A stretch of DNA of 64,000 nt from Amoebophrya sp. A120 (Eukaryota; Protista; Dinoflagellata), in contig CAJINV010000018.1 of assembly GCA_905178155.1 (NCBI GenBank), forward strand, positions 1,276,190 to 1,340,189. Direction: 5' to 3'. A program made the position numbers and the translations under genes. The notes below the pieces were generated by a model. That model was not told the DNA's origin. It worked only from the letters and a program-made list of their open reading frames with translations, and ran no database searches. Positions 20,515 through 31,486 of this stretch are shown here, piece after piece. Positions within the stretch are counted from its first letter, which is position 1, and each line of letters begins with the position of its first letter.

Positions 20515-22807
20515 ATGGAGGAATTTCTGCAGAACACCTGTGGTATACCGAATCCACAGGCCGCGACAAGAGCTTCTTGCAGTACAACCGACCCGACGAT
20601 GAACCTAAATCATGGTGACGAAGTACTAGACTCGTCGCACCATGATCTCGTCAACATGGAGCTCGAGCGCACGCTGGCCCGGGACCGGTCCAATGCAGCG
20701 GTGACTAGCAAGTTGAAAGATCATAGCGCCGCAGCCAAAATGAAAAGCCAGGCTGGTGGTGGGCCGACGTCGTCAACGCTTGTTCCTGCAACTACAGGAG
20801 GTGTGTCTACTAGTAGTGGAAATATGTGCACCTCTAGCAGTAGCAGAAGTTCTGGCAAAAATAAACCTCCTCCGTCCCGACCGGATTCCGCAGCTTCGAG
20901 CTCTCGTGGGCGAAATAATCGGGAGAAGGACAATGCTGGTCCTGCTGATCAGCAACAGAAGTCGTGTTTTAACGTGACAAGAGATTTTAAATCGGTGGAG
21001 CACATGAAGAGGCAAGCGGAAGAGCTGAGACGCTTAGCGGATGAAGCAGTGGCGAGAGTGCAGGGGATGGACGGGTATGATAATTGCTTTTTTTGTGATG
21101 CTGTATTTACTTTGGAAGGATAGTCCACGACCGGTTCATTGCATGACAAATTTGTGTACATCTGAATCTGTAAAAACAACAAGGCGGCCTCCACCTGACC
21201 AAGACGTGCGGATTATATGGATTGTAAACATGTCTGGGTCTGGAAGGATGTGAACTTGTGATGCGCATTTCACAACACAGACAAATCTCTCACGCATAGG
21301 CAGCAAAAGACGTCCATTTCCTGTCACCAGAGTGGGGGATTTGTCATGCGGAGTAAGCAATGCGGAAGCTTCTCGAAATCTGTGATGCTAGGGCTTCCAG
21401 GACAGACATCCTGTGTCATGCAAAAACAGCAGGACTCTTCCAGACTCAGACATTTGTGCATTTGATAGATTAAGCGGCTGAGCAACATTTACGGAAACGC
21501 GATGAGCGGAAACAGTGGCTCAACGTCCTATCAAATGTAAAAATGTCTGGGTCTGGAAGATTCTGAGATTTGTGATGCATATTTTGTATGATCCATGATT
21601 CATGTAATGCATGCCCTAGCATCACAGATTTTTTGAGAGCTTCGCGATGCCTATTCCGCATGACAAATGCCCTCTCCGCGTAGCAAAAATTGCATTCCCT
21701 TTGCTGCTCATGCAATACAGATTTTTTTGGAATCCAAATTCAGCATCACAAGTTGCATTCTTCCAGACCCAGACATTTTTACATTTGATACGTCCGGAAA
21801 TAAAGCCAATAACCCAAAGCGCCCCGCGACCCCGTCCGGACTGGCCGCGAGGTCAACGTTTAACACAACCACCTTCACGACGACAGCACATAGTACGACT
21901 AACCAAGGCGGGTGTAGTAGCGGCGCTGGCGCTCCTTCGTCGTCCGGTGTAAAAATGGAGGTGTGTGGTGGCGGTAGTAGCAGCAGCTCTTCAACATCTT
22001 CTCCGGGAAAAATCAACAGCCAGGAACTTCTACACAATACAAATCATTCTCATGCGCAGTCTGGAGGGAGTAGTTCGAGTTCTACCTCCAACCCTCAGAA
22101 CAATTACGGATCTCGTGCGGTGAAGGACAATGAGCAGATGGCGCATTTTTTCACGAACATGCAGAAGGAGCTGGAGGAAAAGATTTCGAAATTGGAAGGC
22201 GAAAACCGCAAACTGAAGTCCCGAGTCGGCGCCATGCAGGCGGAGCGACAGGCGCTGCAGACTTCCGGCCAGCAGTCGGTGCGGACCATGCAAGTGCTGC
22301 AGGAGAGAGTCCAGGAAGGGGAGAAGAAATTGGCAGCGGAAAAAAAGAAGTGCGATGGTAAGAACAAAATAGGTCGTTGATTAGTAAAAAACCACTTTCT
22401 TTTATTATTTGGCATGGATAGTGCGTTCGTGCAGCTGTGTGTCTGAGAATTGTTTTTCATTGGTATACTAGTACTCATTTTTCGCACCGTGACAAATTCA
22501 TGGAATTATCCAAGGTCTGGAGCGGCGGTGTCGGTTGCTGGAGAATCGCGAAGCCGGTTTGCTTACCGAGCTACAAACCGCGTGCGAGGAGGTGGACAGC
22601 TTGTCTGCACGGGTCAGCGAAAGCAAAGACAGGGAGTCCACTAATTCCGTTGAAGTAGATCAGTACAAGCTGCAAAGCCACGCCCTGCAAAGCGACAACG
22701 CGCGGCTCCAGAAGACAGTAGCGATTTTGCGGGAAGAATTGGCGAGGAAGGAGCAGAGGATACAGAAATTTTTGCAGGGTGCTGGCGCAGGGGAAGCAGG
22801 GTCGTGA
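20515..22807 (+). CDS. Coiled-coil protein, multi-exon (start uncertain, may extend upstream)
   Basis: GT-AG intron 21075-21183 and introners 21216 and 21529 removed give DGRPPPDQDVRIKRLSNIYGNAMSGNSGSTSGNKANNPK; heptad-rich C-terminus. Confidence 0.65.
21216..21467. mobile_element. Introner family A, reverse orientation
   Basis: tatggattgtaaacatgtctggg...cagacatttgtgcatttgata; direct repeat GATTA. Confidence 0.88.
21529..21790. mobile_element. Introner family A (262 bp)
   Basis: Near-perfect ~30-bp TIR; direct repeat CGTCC. Confidence 0.93.
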
Positions 22808-23794
22808 GAACAAGCGCTACATCATGGGTGCTGCGCTGCGGACAGCATGCAACGAGAACTGATCGGAGGTTCAAACACAACGAGACGGGTCATTTACAGC
22901 AACAACTAGCTGGAACTTGTGTGGAGGTTACATGTGTAAGAAAAGGCAGTGCATCATCAAAACAGCGCGAGCTGCTTGCAGTTGCGGTAAAACATTAAAG
23001 CTGCCACGACCTGGGATGAATGTGGCTCCACCAGGGTGGCGCGTCCTTGTCAATTTGTGTTTTTAACGGCGCTATGTATGTTGCATAGCTGCAATTCAGT
23101 CACGTGCGTGTCGGTATTTTTACAGAGAGAATTTGCACCAGTACGATTTTCACAGAGAGGTTTTCTGTGCAAGAAGAGGCAGAGAGCTTTAGATAGAAGA
23201 GTATCTTCATTACATTGTCTGTGTTAAGAGAATACTAACTAATACGTCGATGAGCGTATGACTGACTTTCTTCAGAAAAAGCACTGAATGTACGTTCATG
23301 CTTCACCCAATTAGTACCACAAGATGGCTCTTGGCGTCAATGCGGCAGAGGAAGAACGGCTGCTTTTAGCTGGTCTTTGTCGTTAGTGCCTTTAGAGGAC
23401 ACCAGCATTGTCGCATTGACACCTTAATATTTCCAAGAAGGACAACAGTACGACTTTACTTCGACGACCGGCGGAAAAAGGGGAAATCTACCGCGGGTCC
23501 ACAGCAACAGGAGGTGGCAAACGACGCTATGAAAGGGTGAGTTCACCACCGCAAGAAGAAAAGCAACTTCTACAGGACCTCCAAGCTCTAGTCCCTGCAC
23601 GAAAAATGAAAATTTGCCCGAGGAATAGATACGTCGCAGCAGCATAGTCGTGCGACCCAAAGTATCAGTGCAGTACTAGTAGGTTTTTTCCAGAGCTTTC
23701 TTTTCCGACCCCTCCGCGCAACAAGCATCTTCTATTTTCGCAACTGAGGAAATTATAAAACCGGCTCCTGCGAAAGAACCCTGCCAGCACGACC

Positions 23795-26700
23795 ATGTCG
23801 AAGCCCAACCCCCACCTTCCGGTGAACAACCTGGGCGAGCCGGTGCCGGTAGGCGGCGCGAAGGCCGCGTCCTCCGGAAGCCGCAGCCGCCCGGTACCGG
23901 AATGGTACAGCTACAAAAACGCCAGTTCGCAGCGGTTTCCGCTCCCGCCCAAGCACCCGAACACCGACCAACTACCGGCGCCGCCGATACCAAAAATCAT
24001 CCCGGATCCGAAGCGGCTCCCGACGAAGTTCGACAGTCGGGGGGACATGCTGAAGCCGAACATATCCTGAGAAAAAACGTGAACGTCCTCACCCCAAAGT
24101 CAAGATGGGGAATCTGCTAGACAGATCAACCACATTTGGGCGTTGCGCATGACAAGTTTGGGCCCATGGTGTAATCCTGTTGAGTTTGGTCAGTAGCATC
24201 ACAGATTTAGCCTATTATGCTGGTTGGAGAATATAAAAACTCCAAAAAACCTCTAGAAAATGGCGCTTCTCATGGGGCTCCGCATGAGAAGCGTTTTCAG
24301 CTTGCAGATTTGCATGACAGCTATAGGTTGGGGACGTTTTTACATAGGATAGAACACGGATCTGGCACAGCAGAAGGCGTCACTGTCGGATCGGTCCAAG
24401 TTCATGACGCGGAACCAGATAACAAGAGACCAGTACACGGACATGGAGAGGCAGATACAGGTCATGCGACACAGCAACCTCGGGAAGCACGCCAGGGAAA
24501 ACAATTTCCTGATACCCGGGATTCAGAGCCGGGCGTACACGAGGGAGGAGCTGCAGGTAGAACTGATGTGCTTTTTTGTCATGCAATGTGCGCATGATAA
24601 CTACTTTGTGCCATGCGTAAAGGGCGCAATGTAATCGAGTGATACGACCTTCTTGCACCACAATCTTTTCTTCCACAGATCGCCTTCGAAGCTATCGACG
24701 TGTTTGTATCACACAGAAAAAAGCTGGCAGGGCATATTTTTAATGCAAAAATAAATACACAAAAAAACCTGTATTGCATATCTGAAACAGCATGCTATGG
24801 GGCCACCCATGACAAAATTTTGTGTGTATTTATTTTTGCATTACAAATATGCCCTGCCAGCTTTTTTCTCTTGGATAGTTTGGCACGGGCGAGATAAACG
24901 CAGACTCCCTCCTATCCAGGAAAAAAACTGTGTTCGTGCAACTCTCTTGGAGTGACAGCATGACAAATTTGTTCTGCATGACAGAAAGAGCGTGTCACGC
25001 ATGGCTAGCACGTGAAAATAACGCATGTGCAATAAGGCGGATTGCATGGCTGTCTGGCATGAAACAAGTGTAGTATAGTATACTGTGTTGCTTGTATTTC
25101 CGCACTACAAAGCTGACACTCACACTTGTTACACATTTTTTTCCTTGCAGACCACCGCGATGCTCTGCAGCTCGCCGCGGAACCTGTAACCGAGCAAGAG
25201 ATCGCCAACATGATCCGCCTGTGTGACGCGGACGCCGGCGGGAACCTATCAAATGCAAAAATGTCTGGGTCTGGAAGAATGCAAGATTTGTCATGCATAT
25301 TTCTCATGACCCATGATGCCTGTAATGCAGGACTAGCATCGCAGACTCTTAGAGGGCTTCCTGATGCACCTTCCGCATGAGAAATGCCCTGTCCGTGTAG
25401 CACAAACTGTGCCCCTCTTGCTGGTCATGCAATACAAATTTTTGTGGAGTCCAGAAACAGCATGACAAGTTTTAATCTTCCAGACCCAGACATTTTTGCA
25501 GTTGATAGAACCTGTCCTTCGACGAGTTTCGAAACCTGTACGAGAGTCTATGAGAGTGCACAACTCTCCCCTCCCGCCCTCATTTGTATAGCATGAGCAC
25601 AGCAATAGAAACAACAGCGCACATCGAGCCTGCGCATGACAAGGTTATCCGCGTAGTGTAGTACTGTTTTTGAGGCATCCAGAGTCTGTCATGCAAACGG
25701 TGCCACAGGCAACACTTCTTAGATTTGAGATTTTGCATGACAAAGGAGGGGTACTTGTGCACTCTCATAGAACCCGAGTCCGCTGTTCAAGAACTTTGAT
25801 ATGGGGAACGTGATCGCCCAGCGCATGGCCTTGTTGGCGAACAAGCAGCTGTATCAAATGTAAAAATGTCTGGGTCTGGAAGAATGCAAGTTTGTCATGC
25901 TTGTCTGGCATGACTCGAGAATCTGTGTTGCATAGTCACGAATAAAAAGCCCTCTTACCTGTCATGCAAAAACGCAGTTTGCCATGCGGAATACGTAAGA
26001 CATGGCAGCCAAAAAATTTGCCATGCATAGCTGCGTACTGTAGTGCGTCTATCATTCATTTTTAGCATTACAAGTTTCCAGACCCAGACATTTTTGCACT
26101 TGATAAGCTGGTTTCGCAGAAAGTGCAGTTGGACTCCGGGGAGGAGATCGACCCCATGCTGCGGGCGAACCAACTCTACGACGTATCGTTAGGATGTAGG
26201 TCTTTTCGCGGATAGTTAGAATTCTTGGTTTATTTCGGTGAAGATGATAGCGCCAACAACTTTTTATTGTTCTCTTTGTATTAGTTTGGAGTAGAAGTAT
26301 GAAAATGTTCTAACTTGTACAGTACTACAATTTCGTTATTCTCATGACAAAACATCAAATTCCCAGCTCATCGAAGAGATCGCGGCTCCCCGCGGTGGGT
26401 TGAAACCAGCACTGATAATATGCATTCGCAAATATCATGTCTGGGCCGGGGATAAACATGTGAACTTGATTTGCTGCGCATTTGAGACCAACTAAAAACT
26501 TGATATGCGCACCGGGCAGCACAAGTAGACCAAGGGTCTTGTCATCCAGGGACTGTTTCTCATGCGGGATGGGCATTGAGGAATCTTCTCGATGAAATAG
26601 ACCACGTGTGATCTTCATGCTAGTGCAGCTTGCATGCCAGAGGAGCTACTCCTGCTGGGTTACTTATGCAAAAACCATCCAGACATACTTGCAGTGGATA

Positions 26701-28026
26701 GATGAAGCGGCTGTACGAAAACTTCCTCGAAGTCGACACGGACGGGTGCGTATGAATTGCAAAAGTATCGTACTCGTATAAATGCATTACAAATTTTTTC
26801 AGCACGAGAAAGAAAATTTGTAATGCGGATATACCTCAAGGAAAAGATTGCATGACTGCAATTACTACGAGTGCGATACTTTTGCACAGGATAGTGCGGG
26901 TTGCTGAATTTCAGCGAATTCTGCCTCGCCTTCGAAACTGGGCTGGACAACAAACAGTTGAAGCGCATGTTCATCCACTTTGACCGGACCGGAAACCAGG
27001 ACATCGAGCTCAAAGACGTTATTGTTTCTTTCTCCATTTTCACCGAAGCCTCGCTGCTGGACAAGTCGAAGTTTGCTTTTCTCATCTTTGACGACGACAA
27101 TTCCGGCTTCCTCGAACGGAAGGAGGTGCTGCAGTTGCTCAACGCGACCTTCGTCGACAAGTCCGAGGGGGTGCTGGAGGGGTTCTGCGAAGACATCTAC
27201 GCGTTCCTCTATCAAATGCAAAAATGTCTGGGTCTGGGAGATTGCGAGATTTGCCATGCTAATCTGGCATGCCTCTGAACTCTGTGTTGCATGGCCGCGA
27301 AGAGCTCCTCCTCCCTGTCATGCAAAAACGCAGTTTCTCTTTCTCATGCGGAATACGCAACTCAGAACCATGAAAAAAATTTGTCATGCTTGGCAGCGCA
27401 TGATAGTGAGTTCACTATTCCTTTTCTTGCATCACAAGTTTCCAGACGCAGACATATTTACAATTCATATCCTCGGCATGCAGTCGATTCACCGGCTATC
27501 CTTCGACAACTTTCTGCGAGTCGTGAAAGAGCGACCGCATTTGGTGATGTGCAAGGAAGCCGCGGCGAAATCCCTGCGTCGGGTGGAGGACATCGAGGGT
27601 ATTGAGACGAAGACGCCCGCGTATCAAATGCAAATATGTCGGGGTCTGGAAGATCAAGACTTGTGTTGATGCAGATTTTCGATGACCCATGAGGTTTAGC
27701 ATGCAGGACCTAGCATGACAGATTCTGTGAGACCTCTAGCATGCCTATCCTGCGTGAGAATCTGCCTCTGCACTTGTCCCAGAGTGCACATCTTTTGGTA
27801 ATCATGCAACACAAATTTTTGGTACGATCCAGATTTAGGCAACCTTCCGGACCCAGACATATTTGCAATGCATACCGCGGAAATCAAGGCAATCATCCAT
27901 GCCGGCGGAAGGGACGTCGGTGGCACCACCTCGGCATCGCGAACCCAGACCGTCGGGGCGGGCTCCGGGGCTGCCGCAGCAATCGCGGCGGCGGGGGCCA
28001 GTGCCACCGCAGCGGGCGTGAAGTGA
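23795..28026 (+). CDS. Multi-EF-hand calcium-binding protein (calmodulin/calcineurin-B-like domains); 10 introners + 2 GT-AG introns
   Basis: Spliced EF loops DVFGTGEINADS, DADAGGNLSFDE, DTDGCGLLNFSE, DRTGNQDIELKD, DDDNSGFLERKE; stop TGA 28024-28026. Confidence 0.85.
24063..24351. mobile_element. Introner (singleton TIR type)
   Basis: tatcctgagaaaaaacgt...acgtttttacataggata; direct repeat GAACA. Confidence 0.85.
24707..24877. mobile_element. Introner family C
   Basis: tatcacacagaaaaaagctggcagggcat...atgccctgccagcttttttctcttggata; direct repeat GTTTG. Confidence 0.9.
24913..25151. mobile_element. Introner (degenerate)
   Basis: tatccaggaaaaaaa...tttttttccttgcaga; direct repeat CCTCC/CCACC; frame restored. 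Confidence 0.7.
25247..25507. mobile_element. Introner family A
   Basis: TIRs; direct repeat GAACC; interrupts an EF loop. Confidence 0.93.
25549..25769. mobile_element. Introner (singleton TIR type)
   Basis: tatgagagtgcacaa...ttgtgcactctcata; direct repeat GAGTC/GAACC. Confidence 0.85.
25852..26105. mobile_element. Introner family A (A2 interior)
   Basis: TIRs; direct repeat AGCTG. Confidence 0.92.
26419..26700. mobile_element. Introner family A, degenerate, reverse orientation
   Basis: tatgcattcgcaaata...tacttgcagtggata; direct repeat GATAA/GATGA. Confidence 0.8.
26751..26893. mobile_element. Introner family E
   Basis: tatgaattgcaaaagtatcgtactcg...cgagtgcgatacttttgcacaggata; direct repeat GTGCG. 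Confidence 0.92.
27210..27469. mobile_element. Introner family A (A2-like)
   Basis: TIRs; direct repeat TCCTC. Confidence 0.9.
27622..27874. mobile_element. Introner family A
   Basis: TIRs; direct repeat CCGCG. Confidence 0.9.
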
Positions 28027-28717
28027 GACGAGAAGGTTGGCGTGGCGCTGTGTCACGGTTTTCGACGCTTTGGACGAAGCTCGCGCATGTTGACATAGTA
28101 CTTATCAAAGACACTACGAGTGCCGAACTTCGCTCCTGGTGCCGAAAAAATAACGACAAATTTTTCCCGCGAAGATAGCGCTTCACGAAATAAAGGCAGG
28201 CAAATCGGATGAAGACCTAAAGCATCACCCGGACGGCGGGTGCAGTTGCCGCCTCTGTCGTACTATGGGTTCGCACGTCGGAAAAGATGAAAACTTATGA
28301 GAAGCCCACCATGCCTGAACGAAGAGAAGTGAAATCAAGAGACTACAAGATGGAAGTAGCACCGCCACCAGGCTCTTATCGCAACGAGAGATTTTGGTCG
28401 TGTTTTGATCCTAATGTGTCTGTGTCTCCACCACCGTCGAGACAAGACGTGTAAGTAGTTTTTTTTTCCGACGGAAGTAAGGTAAGTATCACCAACATCA
28501 GGTTGTACTCTCACCAGGCGACAAATCGAAGTAGATAAAGAGAAACCTTTTCTGCTCTAGTTGCTCCGCTTAGCGCTTTAATTTGAACAAAGTTGTAAAA
28601 GTAAATCTCTCGCTTATTCTCGGACTCATCGCTGTTTACACGACCAGTTTATCTCGATTCTTTACTAGCCAGCAGAGCGACCACTAAATAGGTACTTTAT
28701 TCTCTTGCCTCACGACA

Positions 28718-30518
28718 ATGTCCTCCGCCTCTTCCTCTTCCTCCGCCCATTGGCAGGACCAGCAGCATGACCGGGACGCGGGGCGCGAACCCTGCCCTGA
28801 CCGCATAGTGGAGGACCTCGGCGGCGCCTTCGGCATGGGGTGCATCGGTGGGTTTCTGTGGCACTTTGTCCGGGGCGCGCGGAATTCGCCCAAGGGGGAG
28901 CGTTATGAACTGCAAAAGTATCGTACTCGTATAAATGCATTACAAATTTTCTCAGCGGGAGAAATGAAATTTGTAATGCTGATTTACCTTAAAAGAGAGA
29001 TTTGTAATGCAAGACTTGCATTTATACGAATGCGATACTTTTGCACAGAATAAGCGCTTCGCGGGGGCGATGTTTGCGGCCACCAGCCGCGCGCCCATAC
29101 TCGGAGGGAACTTCGTATGGAAGCCTCAGGATCGAAAGGGACAAAATCGAAAAATTTGTGATGCATAAGATGGAGGGCACGCATGGCCTGTGTTGGGGAG
29201 CAGGCAAAAGAGGCCGAGTGCAAGCCTGTTCTGGGGAAGACGATATGCTGCTGCCAGAGTAGCATGACAGGAGCAGTCTTCTTTGCCCAAACAGCATGAC
29301 AGACTGGATGTTGGCGCTCCCGAAATTTGTTATGCGCCACTTGGCAACTGCGGCTCCAACTGGTATCGATTTTATGCATTACAGATTATTCCGACTTTGT
29401 CGATTTCGATCGTGACACTTCCATACTTCGCCGTCTGGGGCGGGACCTTCAGCTCCTTCGACTGCACGCTGCAGTACCTGAGAAAGACAGACGACCACTG
29501 GAACAATATCAAAGTGAAAAAAGCCCCCGCCCCATTTCGGAAACGGAAGATGCGCGAATTTGTGATGCTGTATTTGAGTACACAAATCAACTTGTATTGC
29601 TAGAAGGCCAAGAGACGAAGCTGCGGCCTAAATTGCAGGTAATCTGTCATGCTGTTTCCCACTTCCAGTTGCCTACTGTCATCCTGGAGCTGCAAGGCTT
29701 TCCCACGCTAGACAGCACTACAGTCCGCATCTTTTGCCCTCTAGCATCACAAAGCTGATTTGTGACCACAAATCTGCATCACAGATTTCCGTTTTGATAT
29801 GGGGAGGGGGCGTTTTTCATTGTAATAAACAACATCGCCGGCGGGTTTTTGACGGGTACTGAACTGAAAATTTACTTTTTGGACGGTCGTGCCGTGTTCT
29901 GTTACTGTTTTCGCGATTCTGCTCGTAATCGTCCAGTAGTTTGAGATTGTTGGATCTCCTGCAGAAGTTTGTCATGCAAAAGGCACTTCAACATCAACCA
30001 ACGTTATATGAGCACTTAAGTACTTTATCACAGGTGGCGTCCTCGCTGCGCGTGCCGGATGGAAGCAAGCCGGGAAGTCCGCGGTGATGGGTGGCGTCAT
30101 CCTCACCGTGATAGAGGGCGTCGCCGCGCTGCTGATGCGGTCCACGACAAAAACGCCACGGGAAGAGGCGCTGAACATGATAGAAATGGAGAGACAGCAA
30201 AAGGAGCAGGCGGACAGAGCAGCGAGCGGGGTTAGTGGTGGTGGGTCGATGACAAATAGTAGTTTGTCGGACTACTTGTCGTGGGGAAGGAGCGGCTCAA
30301 CAACTACAACTCCTTCCGAAGAGGGAACAACTTCGTCCTGGTTCAGCTCTTTTTCACAGATACCAGGAGCTACAACGACTGGCGCAAATGGTGGGGGTGT
30401 CGAAAATAAGGATAATTCGAGCAGTTACTTCTACTTTAAAGACGAAGAACCATTGACGACCGGCCCGGGAACTACTGCCCCACCAGTGGGCGGAGGGGGT
30501 GCCCCGACCTTTCAGTAA
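28718..30518 (+). CDS. TIM17: Mitochondrial inner-membrane translocase subunit Tim17; 3 introners + GT-AG intron 29856-30033
   Basis: [23 protein letters not shown]...[23 protein letters not shown]...[22 protein letters not shown]...[10 protein letters not shown]. Confidence 0.93.
28904..29052. mobile_element. Introner family E
   Basis: TIRs; direct repeat AGCGT/AGCGC. Confidence 0.9.
29116..29425. mobile_element. Introner (singleton TIR type)
   Basis: tatggaag...gatcgaaa / tttcgatc...cttccata; direct repeat CTTCG. Confidence 0.9.
29507..29827. mobile_element. Introner family F
   Basis: tatcaaagtgaaaaaagcccccgcccc...ggggagggggcgtttttcattgtaata; direct repeat AACAA. Confidence 0.9.
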
Positions 30519-31486
30519 CAGGGAGACGGTTGTTTCTTCGGCGACGTTGTTGGGGCGGCTCCTTCTGGCCTTGTTCCAACTTTTGCGAGAGGACCGCTGT
30601 TCGTTCTTGCTACGAATTTTTTATGATGCGGCGAAGATGAAACAAATGAGATTACTTCATCTTTATCGATTTCGCGGAGATTCGTTCTAACCCGACGAGT
30701 ATTAGCTTCTTTGATTAAGGTCAAATTGCGCGACATAATTCAAACACCTGACGACTGCTTGTTGATGATATCAGTCTCATCTGCAGCGAGTACTATTGTT
30801 TCGATGAAAGTTTCCTTTTCAACATAATTGATTCGCATAGAACAAGAAGATACGCAGCGAGCAAGGAAAATGTAGCAGCGCTTGGCGCTCCCGCTCCATG
30901 GTGGAACAACAGCGGTACCATCGGGGGGACCTATATATGTGTTCTGTTTCAACTGATTGTTTTATTTGAGGTGATGATCATTTTGTTTCGCGAGGAGCTC
31001 TAGTAAATATCCGGTGCAAATAAAATGAATTTCATGTTGCAATTGAAGAACTCAGTCTCGACGCCATGTCACGACAGGACAAAGAACAGACGCTGATCTC
31101 TGTCGCTCTCTGTAGAAGTGGATCCCGCCGACGCAGTAGTTGGCTGCATGATCATGATCGCACCTTTTTTTTTCTGAATTTTTTAACAGTCCCTAAATAC
31201 TCGAAGCAGACCCGCCCTCAGTGAAGAGTCCTGATCTTGCCACGTGGACAAGCTGCGTGGCTGTATAGGGAAGAGAAAAGCGGAATACTATAATTTTGCT
31301 TCGTACAACAGCTTCAGCTAGTACACGCCCCAACGCGATTTTTTTTCGCCACTTGTTTTCAGTGGGGCTGTCGAATCTACTGACTACGTGTATTTGATTG
31401 AATGTATCACCTTCCTAGTGTAGTTTTATAGTCGCTTACGCTTTCGAGATTTTTGACAACGAGCCGGAGAATTATCGCTCAAGAAG

